Positions 11,612 to 24,352 of a stretch of 64,000 nucleotides of DNA are shown piece after piece (position 1 is the stretch's first letter; the number at the start of each line of letters is the position of its first letter). The notes beneath the pieces are model-generated. The model made no database searches. It was not told where the DNA came from and saw only the letters and a program-made list of their open reading frames with translations. A program made the position numbers and the translations under genes. The stretch covers positions 9,466,683 to 9,530,682 of the forward strand of contig NC_069008.1 of assembly GCF_001194135.2 (NCBI RefSeq). Direction: 5' to 3'. Source of the stretch: Octopus bimaculoides (taxonomy: Eukaryota).

Positions 11612-12144
11612 TAAGTAAATAAATGGAGTTAAACGCAGATGTTATTCAAATTCTTTTACTTTCGACATATGTTTCGAAGAAAACATTGGTTTTATTCCAA
11701 AGGAATAAACAGTGTAAAATAATGTAATCTTCTCATCAGGAAAGAAGGAGAACCAATCTCAACAAGGCATAATAACAATTTTGATGACTGCATAAATGAT
11801 AAACAGAACACTATTAAGTATTTTTAAATAACCGTTAGTAGATCTGGCACCTTTAGCTCATATAAGTGATTTATACCAGTCTGTATAGTTTGAACATTTA
11901 GTTCACCTTGCACTCTACTTCAATAGAGAAATCTACTTCCAAGCCTTTGAACATTTTTTCAACCAACATATCTCTCTATATCTCTTCTTTATTTGTTCTC
12001 TACTTATTATTTCTTTACCCCTTCTCTTCCTATGGTCTACCTTTGATGTCAGATCTACTAACGGTTATTTAGAAATACTTAATAGTGTTTTATTTATCAT
12101 TTATGCAGTCATCAAAATTGTTATTATGTCTTGTTGAGATTGGT
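11612..12144 (-). mobile_element. Penelope-like element 3' end with partial inverted duplication
   Basis: Contains the HHR at 11659-11744. Inverted arms 11752-11850 and 12045-12144. The distal end abuts (TA)n at about 11590-11612. Confidence 0.6.
11659..11744 (-). ncRNA. Type I hammerhead ribozyme motif with canonical GUC site and extended stem II
   Basis: CUUUC-CUGAUGA-GAAGA(~47-nt insert containing hairpin UUAUUCC/GGAAUAA)UCUUC-GAAAC-AUAU-GUC-GAAAG. All core nucleotides present; stem I and stem II 5 bp each; stem III palindrome ACAUAUGU. Confidence 0.8.
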
Positions 12145-15100
12145 CATAGAGGTTGTCAGGATATGCAACACAGCTACAATTATCTCTGCCTGTGCCCTAC
12201 GAGCAGGCCTACCAAATGATCAGAAAGACCGTTTTTATGATACCCTTCTACGGGCTACCTCAAAGATGAGTGGCAATGACCTCATCTTTGCAGCTGGAGA
12301 TTTTAATGGGCATGTTGGGCGACAATCCGGTATCTTCACTGGTGTACACAGGGACCATGGTATTGGTTCCCAAAACGAGGCAGGAACTAGGCTACTGGAG
12401 TTCTGTGATGCATGTAACCTTCTAATCTGCAACACTAACTTCAGGAAGCCAGACAGCCACCTGATAACTTATCAATCAGGTGACTCTGCTAGCCAGATTG
12501 ATTTCATCCTCACCAGACAGCAGGATGCAGGGTTGCTCTTAAATACAAAACCCCTCCCAGGTGAAGAATGTACCACCCAGTATAGACTAGTCATTAGTAA
12601 CTTTAGACTCGAGACCAGAAGGATGCCAAGAAACAGACCATTCTAGAAAAGAAGGATTTGGAAGCTAAAGAACCCTTCACATGGTCAGAGAAATTTGATG
12701 AGAGGAAGGAGGAGCTACAGACCTTGGACATAGAAGGTAGCTGGAAATTCCTACGGGACAGCTTATTGAGTGCCACAGACCAAGTCTGTGGATGGTGCAA
12801 AGTTCCTTCCAGACCTAGAGTAATGTGGTGGTGGAATAATATGGTAGAGAAAGCCATTAGAGCAAAGAAACAGGCCTGGAAAGCCTGGAAGGGTGGGGGT
12901 AGCAGGGAACTGTACCAGATAGCCAGAAGGGAGGCTGAGCAACAGGTATACATAGCCAAAGGCAAAGCAGAAAAGAAGAAGTCTGCCAATGTCCAGCAAC
13001 GTGAGGACCAAAGAACTGAAATATTTCGGATTGCAAGACAGTGTGTGAGAGAAAATTGTGATGTCACAGGAGAGAAATGTGCAAAGTAGTGTATCAGAGA
13101 GAATAGAGATGTGGTAGGTGTGCAAATGTATAATGGTATGCTCACACTAGGTGACTCAGAGACGAAACATGCATGGAGACGACATTGTGAAAGGTTGTTA
13201 AATGTGGAGAACGATTGGACAAAGTAGAGTCTTTCAAATATTGAACCAATTGAGAGACCAGCCATCAGAGTGGATAGCAGTATAATAGCTAAGGCAATTA
13301 AGAAAATGAAGACTGGTAAAGCCCCTGGACCATCAGGTATCACTGCCAAGATGAATAAAATATAAGGTAGTGTGGGATACGGCCCAGTCACTCGCATAGT
13401 TAATCAGGTTATTCAGGAAGGTGTCATCCCCAAAGACTGGTATAGCAGTATTATAGTCAGCTGCTACAAGGGTAAAGGTGATGCCTTAGATAGAAACAAC
13501 TACAGAGGTATCAAACTGCTGGATCAGGTCATGAAAATTACAGAGTTATATCTCAACTGATTAGGGATAGAATTAAAATAGATGAGATTTTGTTCCTGGG
13601 AGAAGTATCACAGATGCCATCTTCATAGTGAGACAGTTGCAAGAAAAGTATTTGGCCAAAAGTAAGTCATTGTACTTAACCTTCGTCGACCTGGAGAAAG
13701 CTTTCAACAGGATTCCCTGCTCCCTTATTTGGAGGTCTCTAAGGAAATTAGGAGCAGAGGAATGACTTGTTAAAGCAGTTCAGGCCATGTACAGTGACGC
13801 TGCCAGTAAAGTGAGAGTTGGCCTTGAATATAGTGATGAATTTAACATAAAAGTTGGAGTACACCAGGGATCAGTTCTTAGTCCACTTTTATTCATCACA
13901 GTTCTCCAGGGCATAACAGATGAATTCAAAACTGGAGCCCGGGGGAATTACTATATGCTGATGATCTGGCTCTTATTACAGAATCTGAAGCAGAATTGGA
14001 GAAGCTCCGAGCTTGGAAGCAAAACCTGGAATCAAAGGGCCTTAAAGTTAACTTAGCTAAAGCTAAAGTTGTTGTTAGCGAGAAAGGAGATAAGACTCAT
14101 TCCAACTGGCAAATGGCCCCGTTCAATATGTAGGAGAGGAGTGAGATGTAATTCCATTTGCTGCACCAAGTATAAGCTATGGATGCATAAGAGATGCAAT
14201 GGAATTGTGGGAAGGTTATCAGATAAGGTCACTTTTGTGTGTGGCAGATGCACAGGAACAGTAAGTACTAAGAGCACAGGGGGACTTAAACTCTCTTTGA
14301 TGCCCCAGAGGCTCTCTTGAGGTAGTAGAGAGTTTCTGCTATTTAGGTGACCAAATTGGTAACAGTGGTGGATACTCTGAATGTATTGTTTCTAGAATAA
14401 GAATAGAGTGGAGGAAGTTCAGAGAACTACTACCTCTGTTGGCAGCAAAAGGACTCTCTATCAGAGAGAAAGGTAGGTTGTACGATGTTTGTGTGAAAAC
14501 AGCTATGTTACATGGTAGTGAGACATAGGCTCTGAATGTAGAGGACATGCGTAGGCTGGAGAGGAATGAAGGTTGTATGCTTCATTGGATTTGCAGCATC
14601 AGTGTGCATGACCGACAAAGCATAACTGTGTTGAGAGTAAAGTTAAACATAAGAGGGATTAAATGTGGTATGTAGGAGAGGAGAACACATTGGTTTGGAC
14701 ATGCGATGCATATGAGTGAAGACAGCTGTATACAGAAATGCTTGTTGCTGAAAGTGGATGGTACCTGTGGAAGAGGGAGACCCATGAAGACATGAGATAA
14801 AGTGGTAAGGACCGATCTTATGATGTTGGGGCTCATGGAGGAAGTGACAGTGGACTGAGATGTTTGGTGATATGAGGTTCTAGAGAAAACACACCCAAGA
14901 AACTGAGTGCAAGAAGAGTTGCGTCCCACTCACATGTAACAACACACTTTTCACTCACTCTACCCTCTTCTAACTACGTCTTTCTCTTCCTCACATTTCC
15001 TCTTCATAAATTATGATTGTTTTCCAATCCCCTTCCTTGCCCTCACTGTATTGCTGCTCCCCACACACCAACACCCACACCCACATCCTATTTTCTACCC

Positions 15101-15716
15101 AGGTTCTACACTCAAATTCTTGTTACTTGTGAGTATACCCTAGCACTACACCATCTCTCTTCTACTCTCTCTAACACTTTTGCTGTTTCCTACACACTCT
15201 CTCTCTCCTCTTGTTTTTCATCTGACTAGGTAATCAAATATCTCCTTTACATCAATACACTTGTTTCTGGCCTCTTTCTTGTCCCTCTCTCACTGGGTAA
15301 CCATGTACCTCCTCTGTAGCAAGATACCTATTTCTTCCTCTCTATTTCTCTATTACATTCTAACCTTTCATCATTTGATACTGGATCACCTTCTCTAATG
15401 CCCCCTCTGTTGTGGCAAGACACTTGCTTCTGTCTCTCTGTCACACTCTAACCTTTCATCCTCTGATACAAGTTCCCCTCCTCAAATACCCTGCCCCTCT
15501 CATAATTCATTGTCTTGTGGGTTACCCTGCCATTGCTGGTGCCACATTAAAAGCATCCAGTTCATACTGTAACATGGTTGGCATTTGGAAGGGTATCCAG
15601 CCATAAAATCCCTGCCAAATCAGACACAGTAGCCTAGGGTAGTCGTTCTACCTGGCCAGCTCCTGTCATCCACCCTACCCATGCATGCACGGAAGATGGA
15701 CGTTAAACAATGATGA

Positions 15717-15720
<4 letters not shown>
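12145..15720 (+). mobile_element. RTE-clade (BovB-like) LINE, 5'-truncated and frameshifted
   Basis: APE (AGDFNGHVG, SQIDFIL) followed by RT (NYRGIKLLDQVMK, GVHQGSVLSPLLF, YADD at 13954-13965), a Cys-rich insert (KWPxSICRRGV..NSICC), a long 3' UTR and a GGACGTTAAACAA(TGA)n tail. Confidence 0.92.
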
Positions 15721-15765
<45 letters not shown>

Positions 15766-16045
15766 CACATGCTTGTATATATGTGTTTTCATATGTCTGT
15801 ATGTCTGTCTTTGCATTAACATCATATGCATAAAACAGTGCCTGTATTCATGTCCCATAACTTAGTAGGATGATTAAAAGAAATCACAAAAACAAATACC
15901 AAACTTCAAAAAAATAGTGTGCAGTGTAACTGATATAATTAATCCTTCAAGGCAGTGCCCCAATATGACCACAATCCAGTGACTGAAACAAATGAAAGAA
16001 TAAAAAATATATAAATAAACAAGGTTTGAATGGTGTCGTTCATAC

Positions 16046-16181
16046 CTTAAGTTCATAGTAGTCAATAGCGCCATCTTTATCTGTGTCAAAGAGGTCAAAA
16101 GCTTCCCTGATTTCCTGCTTTTGTTCATCAGCCAACTCCCTCTTCTTCTTCTTCTTGTTTTTGTCCAATGCAAAATCTGTC
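16046..16181 (-). CDS. CETN3: Centrin-3 coding exon 2 ([45 protein letters not shown])
   Basis: Acceptor CACATAG, donor GTATGA, 136 nt. Contains EF-hand 1 and is close to human CETN3 [39 protein letters not shown]. Confidence 0.96.
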
Positions 16182-16249
16182 CTATGTGCAAAAAGTATAA
16201 AATACAAATGAATAATAATTAATACCAATTTCATTGAGCCCAGTATCTT

Positions 16250-16610
16250 TTATCTTTTATTCGTTTCAGTCATTAGATTGCAGTCATGCTGGGGTACTGC
16301 CTTGGTGAATTTTTAGTCAAATCAATTAACCCCAGTACTAATTTTTTTTAAAGCCTGGTACTTATTGTATCAGTCTTTTTTACCAAACTGCTAAGTTACA
16401 GGGATGTAAACACACCAGTAGCAGTTGTCAAGCAGTGGAGGAAGAAACAAACACAAAGGCACATGCACATCTATATACGATGGGCTTCTTTTAGTTTCTG
16501 TCTACCAAATCCACTCACAAGGCTATAGTAGAAGATACTTGCCCAAGGTGCCATGCAGTGGGACTGAACCCTGAATCATGATTGGGAAGCAAACTTCTTA
16601 CCACACGCCT
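16250..16610 (-). mobile_element. Near full-length tRNA-derived SINE (family A)
   Basis: Reverse complement of the head seen at 2148, plus the body seen at 2565-2770, 29140-29230 and 34420-34570. Confidence 0.8.
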
Positions 16611-17701
16611 ATGACTGGTATTTTATTACCACCACCCCACTCTCAAGACAAGAAAATACAACATTGACCTCAATGAGATTTGAGATCAGAATGTAGAGGG
16701 TCATAACATAGAAAACTTGTGGCTTTGTGTCAATATGCAGTTGATCACAATGTTTTATTGATGTGTTATTTTAACAATGCTGAGAAGATAAAAGACACAT
16801 TCAACTTTGGCAGGATTTGAACTCAGAAAGTAAAGGTATACAATTAAATATTACAAGGTATTTTCTGCAATTCTCTACTGATTCTGCCAATCCACTGCAT
16901 TCATCATCATTGTTTTAATGTCTACTTTTCAATGCTTACTTGGGTCAGATAGAATTCACCAAGTCAGATTTTCTGCTGGATGCCTTTCCTGCTTTTGCTC
17001 ATTGCCAACCCTCAACTATTTCCTAGCAAGGTAGTATTTCCCCTTGGCTAAACATGTTTTCATGGAAGATTGGAAATAAGCGACGCCACTTTTTTAATGG
17101 TGACACTCATTTGTAAGTATCATGCAATGTTCAGACAAGGACACACACACACACACACACAATGGGATTCTTTCAATGAAATCTATTCACAAGGCTTTGA
17201 TTGACCCAGGGCGATAGCAGAAGACACTTGCCCAAAATGCCTTGGAGTCGGATTGAACTCAAAAACCACATGGTTAGAAAGCAAGCTTCTTAACAACACA
17301 GCCATAGCTAGACACATGAAAATTCCATGTCAAATGTTCTTATTTCCACTTTGATTCATACAGATTTTCATAGTTTCATTATGTTTGAGATTTGAATAGT
17401 TCATATTGTTTAAAGCTTAACACTTAGCATATGTTGTAATGAACAGAATAATAATCAATTCGTGTTCACTTTCCATGCTAGCATGGGTTGGATGGGTTGT
17501 TATGGTCTGAGTCAGCTCTGGTTTGGAGTTGCTGGCTTCCTGGACAGGTCAACTACAAGGACCACTTGTACTTTTCAGCTTTGGCTTGTACTTTTTTTTT
17601 TAACTGGTACTTTTCAGTTTTGGTTTGGCATATAAAGGATGGAGTACAGACTGACACCAAAATTGGAGAACACAGTTTTACATTTAAGAGATGAGGAATT
17701 A

Positions 17702-17928
17702 TGTACATTATTTACATTTGATGGATATTTGTCCTCCTCTTGTTTGTTGCTCACAGAACATTTCAGCTGATATAGCCTCCAGCCTTCATCAGGTGTCTTG
17801 GGGAATGAGATCCCATGTTCAAAATTTTCCCAAGACAACTGATGAAAGCTGGAGGGTATATCAGCCGAAATGTTGTGTGAGCAACAAACAAGAGGAGGAC
17901 AAATATCCATCAAATGTAAATAATGTAA
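17702..17928. repeat. ~225-bp hairpin of two head-to-head copies, each with a decayed minimal hammerhead motif (17751-17797 minus; 17834-17879 plus)
   Basis: Arms 17702-17803 and 17828-17928 are complementary. Minus: GACAC-CUGAUGA-A-GGCUG..CAGCU-GAAAU-GUU-CUGUG. Plus: GACAA-CUGAUGA-A-AGCUG..CAGCC-GAAAU-GUU-GUGUG. GAAAU-GUU is consistent with CpG decay of GAAAC-GUU. Confidence 0.75.
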
Positions 17929-19254
17929 AATTGGAGAAGTTGTCATATTTTTGACAGAACTTAAAGGTCTTCTCAACCTTACATCATCTCCACTCATTAG
18001 TAAAACACCATAAAGAGTGTACAGAGTACATTTTTTTCATGGTACAAGTACTAATAAGTTTGACTTGTATCCATTAAGGCTGAAGAGTCTACACAACTCT
18101 ATGTTGCGTTCATTTGGTCACACCATAAACTGAGGTGAATCAGAGATTGATGATAGAGAAGGTGAATTGTAAAGGTATTAATGATGAGACAGATGGAAGA
18201 GTAATAACAGTGAGAATATGATGATAAAAACAGAGTAACAGGTGAGAGAGTGACAGAGGGAAAGAGTATGCCATCTTTAATTGAACTAGAAGTAGAGAGG
18301 GAGAGGATGGAAGGGAGATGTGAGAGTATCAAGAAACAGAAAGACAGCAGATATAGATGTGACTGGGACTATTCAGCCATACCTTTGTGCCATGCAGACC
18401 CTAAAGTAAATGCCTTCCAGCCTTCCTACCAGTTTTTAATGTTTGTTTCACCATACTTACACTGTATGGTACAAGGGTATGGCCGAAATGCGTGAAACAG
18501 TATCAGTCAAATACTGGGGTTGATACAATCAACTAATTCTGTCCTCTCAAAATTGTGGGCTTTATACCTGAATCAGAAATTATTATTATTATTATTATTA
18601 TTAAGGACGTAAATTAGTAGAATTGTTAGCACAGTGGACAAAATGCTTAGCAGCATTTCGTCTGCCTTTACTTTCTGAATTCAAATGCTGCTGAGGTTGA
18701 TTTTGTCTTTTGGGGTTGGTAAAATAACTACCAGTTTGAACATTTGGTTGATGCACTTGACTTACTCCCCACCCCTAAAACTGCTGGCTTTGCACCAAAA
18801 TTTGAATTCATTATGATTATTAAAGCAGAAAACTGGCAGAATTGTTAGCATGCTGAATAAAAACACCATTTTGACCATTTCTTTGACATGAAACACAAAA
18901 GTTGCATTGACTAAGCTAAGGTGTGTGTACTGAGATATGAAGGCTCAAATGCTGTTGGTTGGGCTCAGGGAGCAAAGGCAGAACAACAATTCTAGAATTT
19001 GATCTGTGATGAACCATGTGCTCTCTGATTCCAAACAGATGAGCACGGTGTTTCAGCAGCACTTCGCCAAACTCCCTTTTCAAGGAGTGGTATACTTGAG
19101 ATAGAAAGCTTCGAGACCTACCTCGATAGAATGCCATGTCTATCAGACAAGGAGACTGAGTGATGCAAGAAACTGATTTCAGTGAAGGAAGTGGTTAAAT
19201 GTACTGAGCTGCTGTGTGGGATGTGAATCACCATGATTGGATGATCTTCCCTCA

Positions 19255-21420
19255 TCATCATCATCATTTAACATCCATTGTCCATGCTGGTATGGGTTGA
19301 ACAGTTTGACCAGAGCTAGTAAGCTGCATCAGACTCCAGCCTGATTTAGCATGGTTTCTATGGCTGGATGCCCTTCCTAACATGCCAACCACTCCAAGAG
19401 TGTAATGGGTGCTTTTGCATGCCAGTTGTGTGACACCGGTATCTGCCACGACTATGATTTCACTTGACAGATCTTCTCAAGCACAGCATATCGCCAAAGG
19501 TCTTGGTCACTAGTCATTGCCTCCATGAGGCCCAATGTTCAAAGACCTTATCCTATGTATTCCTGGGTCTCCTTCTTTCACAGTTTCCCTCCACTGTTAG
19601 AGATCAGCACTTCTTTACACACCTGTCCACATCCATATGCATCACATGACCATACCAACAGTCATCTCTCTTGCACACGACATCTGAAGCCACTTATGCC
19701 AAACTTTTCTCTCCAGACACTCACAATTTGTTATACATGCACACTGACATTGAACATCCAACAAAGCATACTAGCTTCATTTCTCTCAAGCTTAAGCATG
19801 TCTTCAGCTTATTATTATTTTTATTATTATTATTCAGGTCACTGCCTGGAATCGAACTCAGAATCTTGGGGTTAGTAGTCCGAGCTCTTAACCACTATGC
19901 CATATGCCCAAGAGCTATCAACTACTTCTAGCCTTCCCTCTTGGCATTTGATGGAGTCTATTTTCTGTACATTTTTAGTGTTAATTGTACCTGTGCCACT
20001 TCTACACACAAAAACTAGTTTCCCTGGTAACCTTCCTCTGATACTGAGGCACCTATAGCTTGTGTCTATAGCTTGCACCAAGTACATCTTATGGAGCTTC
20101 TACCTATGCTCTTTCTACAGATCAAGCAGAGCCATCCACCTGAAGGGATTTGTGATTTGTCTGCTTACTAAGACTTTGGTTTTTACTAGATCAACTCTAA
20201 GGCCCTTTGATTCTAGACCTTGCTTCCACACCTGAAATTTCTTCTCTAGTTCCAGTAGTTCCAGTACCTTCATGTACCCTGAATTCATTGCTAATCTTCC
20301 CCTTACTGGCAGCTCTCACCAGTCACTCATCTATCCCTAGCTTCAGCACTGACCACTAAATAAGGGAGTGGGGGACTCTGTCGAAGGCTTTTTCCGTATT
20401 GACAAAAGTTAGGTACATAGCTTTATTTTTAGCCAGATGTTTCTCCTGCAATCACCTAACCAGAAATATTGCATCAGTCATGCTCCTGCCTGGCACAAAT
20501 CCAAACTGCATCTCATCTACAGTAGCTCTCTCTCCCTAATTAATTAAGCTATGAGTGTTTCTGTGACTTTCATCACATAGTCCAGCAATCTGATACTTCT
20601 GTAATTATTTCTTTCTAAGGCATCATCATTGCCTGTAGTGCTACACCAATCGTTGGGTTTGACCCCTTCATGGACAACCTAATTAACTATACAGGTGACT
20701 AGGCTATATCCAACTCTACCAGATATTTTAAGCATCTCAGTGGTGATTCCTGATGGGCCAGGGGCTTTCCCTGTTTTCATGAATTTTATTTCCAAAATCT
20801 CACATTGTTTGCTCTGCTACTGATACTATTACACCATGTGAAATAACCAGCTAAGCTGAGAAATTTCTCTAGTTTTAATCGCTAATCATTCATTCATCTA
20901 ATTCGTAATTCTAACATGCTGTACTCTGATTTAAAATAACTTTCAATATTTGTAATTCTTTAATTCTTAGAATAACTTTCAAAACTCATAATTCTTTAAA
21001 TCTTTGCAATATTCTTTCCTTGTTTCATAACCTAAATGTTTCCATACTTTGCCATGACTTCTTCAGCAATTTCTCCCTCTCTCTCTCTAAAATTCATAAA
21101 TATTCTCACTTTGTTTTATAACTTGCATCTTTCTCATACTTGCCATGTTTTCCCCAGTAATAAAGTCTTTCATATCTCTCTTTCTCTTTCTCTCTGCTTC
21201 ACTAATGTCTTACTGCTAGTTCCTGAGGTGATGCAAGACACCATGTCTACAATGCACCCATCCACTCCTTCCCCCACCACCCATACTGGAAATCTATTCT
21301 CTTATACCAGAAATCCCTACAGGGCTCTGCCTAGTTTCTGTACCAGAAGACTTGCATAGCTCCCCCATCCCACCCCACTCCCACCAGCAATCATCCACAC
21401 TACTGTATGCATCAAAAGGA
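19255..21420 (-). mobile_element. Degraded RTE-clade LINE (RT region to 3' tail)
   Basis: Tail CATCATCATTTAACATCCATTG at about 19255. RT-region sequence homologous to 13.3-14.6 kb (reverse complement) around 19.9-20.8 kb. Confidence 0.8.
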
Positions 21421-21689
21421 GATGTGTTAGTAAATTAACAAACCACCTACCTCTTTCTCTCGATATATAAAATGCTCATTTACTTAATTCAAACATTGAC
21501 CTATTTATGCTTGCAGCAATAAAGCTTATATTTACAACACTCAATGCTTATATTTACAATGCTTACATTACACTCACCCACAATAGGGGAAACAATTTTA
21601 ACATGTTTGAATGATGGTAGGTTAAAGCGAGAACAACTGATGTGACATGCCTGTTATCAGACGATCATTGAAACCTTCTTTTCAGGTGC

Positions 21690-22070
21690 TGAATATCATC
21701 TCTCCTTCCTATGTTCCCTCCCACATCCCTTTCCCAGTTTTTCAGAGTTGGCACTGTCAATGTAGGTACATTAAAAAGTAGGTCTAGTGAGATTGTTGCG
21801 AAGCTTGAACATGTTGATGTATGTTGCATTCAAGAGATAAGGTGGAGAGGAGCTTTAGCCAGGCTCCTCACAGGCAAGACACATAGGTATAAAATCTTCT
21901 GAGAAGGTAACAGTGACAGGATAGGTGATCTGAGCATACTTCTTGCAAAGGAATGGGGGGATAAGGTCATAGAGATAGTCAAAGTGTGCGATAGAGTACT
22001 AAAGCTCAGGATAGTTTTGCAGAACAGTATAGCAACAGTGTAATCCCTGGTAGGTCTATCCACAACAGCC
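21690..22070 (+). mobile_element. RTE APE endonuclease N-terminal fragment
   Basis: FRVGTVNVGTLKSRSSEIV...VDVCCIQEIRWRG...HRYKIF. Confidence 0.8.
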
Positions 22071-22099
22071 TCCACCTCATGTGATACATCATAGAATGG

Positions 22100-23340
22100 G
22101 ATGGGAATAGATCTAGCTTTGGAGGGACACTTGTCAAGTTGGACCAGGCCAAGGCATAGCTTTCTGGTAGCTGTCCTAAAAGAGGTCAGTTTTGGTCCCA
22201 TCTTCAAAGACTGGATCATCACAATATATAGTGGCATCTCTTCGGTAGTCAAATTAAATGGCCACTTCTTGGAATCTTTCAATATTGAATGCTAGATTTG
22301 CCATGCATGTCCCTTTTCCCCACTTTTCTGTTTTGGCATTAGAAACTGCAAAGGCTGAAGAGTTTGAGGGGTATTCCACTGGAACTACATTGCAAGAAAG
22401 CCATATCTGCATATATGAATGATGTTATTGTCAAGGTGTTGCACTCTTTGGAAATAGAAACAATCAATAACACTACACTAAAAGAATATCAGGTATGTAC
22501 AAGAGCACACATAAATCAGAACAGATTGGTGGGTTTGCAGCCATGCTCTTTGAGAGGCAAGTCCATGTTGATTAACAACAATTTTTGTCACTGGACAGGT
22601 GGATAGGAACTGGGAAGAGGTCATGGTCAGTGTGGCCAATCTCATCCAGAAATGGGCCAAAAGGAAGTTGTCTCTGAGAGGTCAAGTGGAAGTAGCAAAT
22701 GCATATATTGCCTCAGTAGTATACTACTGCCTAGCTGTCATACTTTGTCTCAAAAAGACTGACCAAACTGGAGCACTTGCTTATTCAATTCTTATGAAAG
22801 GTCAGGTTCTGCCAGTCAGAAAATCCACATCCTGTCAATATCCACTCCATGGTGGTCTTGGGATGCCATCCTTGATGATGCACCACCATGTGCTGAGGCT
22901 GACATACTTGCAGAAATATCTAAATCACTGTGATGGTGTGAATGACAGCAACAAAAACAAGCGCCAACTGGTGTGGGCATCCTTCATGCAATACATCATT
23001 CCACAGCTCATCCCATTGACAGAGCTGTAGTCATGGGTCAAACATAGACCAAGAGTGAGTGTTCAGCATCTAGAATGTTGCCAAGCACTCACTGTATTGA
23101 ACCAGCTGGACACAGCCATTAGTGGGAAAACAGTTCAAGATTTCTATAGGGGTCTAGTTGAGGGTATGAGTAATGATGACCTAGAATTGACCTAGGGCAT
23201 CAACAAGAAAAGCCTGAATGGTCTCTTCCAGAGGACTTTCAAGTCAAAGACCATACACATAATTTCTCCAAAGATTTTTGGCATATCAGTGCTACAGTAA
23301 GGCATTACCTATTTGAGATAAGCTCTTCAGGCATGGAAGT
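22100..23340 (+). mobile_element. Degraded L1/Tx1 ORF2 fragment
   Basis: AYMNDV (YADD-like), NWEEV...WAKRKLSLRGQVEVANAYIASVVYY, GGLGMPSL. Homologous to 1-850 and 47.5-48.5 kb. Confidence 0.8.
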
Positions 23341-23730
23341 ACCAACAGCTGATCCTGCCCTTGGTCAATGCTTTGTGTGTTGTAGCTCATCCTTTCATAT
23401 TGTCTTCCATGTTTTGAGCTCTTGTGGCCAATAAAAGTAATTATTATTATTATTACCATCATCATTATGGTAGTGATCTGGCAGACAACACACAAATCTA
23501 ATCTGAATCCCAACCTTACAATATATGGGTAAAGCAAGTTTCTGAATTCATCTACCTCAGACACAAACACTCTTCCAAAAATGAAGGAACAATAGCTACA
23601 AACTATAGAATCAGACTTGATTGAGCAGCTTTAGATAAGAACCAAATTGTACTTACTTCAAAACAGATCCCAAGTATCTCCAACACCTATATTCTTCCAG
23701 TAGCTTTATATGAGCTAGAATGTGTCATCT

Positions 23731-23960
23731 GGCGGTGAGCTGGCAGAAACGTTAGCATGCCGGGCGAAATGCTTAGTGGTATTTTGCCTGCCGTTACATT
23801 CTGAGTTCAAATTCCGCCAAGGTCGACTTTGCCTTTCATCCTTTCGGGGTTGATAAATTAAGTACCAGTTACACACTGGGGTCGATGTAATCGACTTAAT
23901 CCCTTTGTCTGTCCTTGTTTGTCCCCTCTATGTTTAGCCCCTTGTGGGTAATAATGAAAT
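23731..23960 (+). mobile_element. Well-preserved tRNA-derived SINE (family B) with 15-bp TSD
   Basis: tRNA-like head GGCGG..TGGCAGAAACGTTAG (A-box-like)..GAGTTCAAATTCCGCC (B-box-like). Flanking direct repeat TAGAATGTGTCA(T/G)CT at 23716-23730 and 23961-23975. The central GCCTTTCATCCTTTCGGGGTTGATAAATTAAGTACC resembles the Deu/Nin-type SINE domain (from recall). Confidence 0.88.
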
Positions 23961-24305
23961 TAGAATGTGTCAGCTGGATTTCTATTGCACACCAGAAACT
24001 GAAAGTCTTTTAACACCAAACCCTCAAATCATCTCAGAATAACCAAATTACTACCAATCATCTCTGACATTATAAATAAAGTACTCAAACTGGTTTGTTG
24101 TGTCAGCAAGGTCTGTTTGGAAGGCATGATCAACGGAAAGAGAAACAGAAACCAGTAACCGAAGAGATGGAGAGGTAACATCTCAGCATGGACAGGTCTT
24201 GAGTTAACCTGAATGCTCTTACCAAAGATCAAATACTATGGAGGCAAATAACTCATGTCGGTGCACATTCTTCTGCAAGCAAAGATAGCAGGAAATGATG
24301 ATGAT

Positions 24306-24352
<47 letters not shown>

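Noticed and set aside
17614-17997. Two similar ORFs on opposite strands
   Set aside because: An artefact of the inverted repeat; no protein signal.
23731-23818. tRNA gene
   Set aside because: A- and B-box-like motifs are present, but the sequence continues into a SINE body with a TSD and no cloverleaf with an anticodon arm could be drawn.
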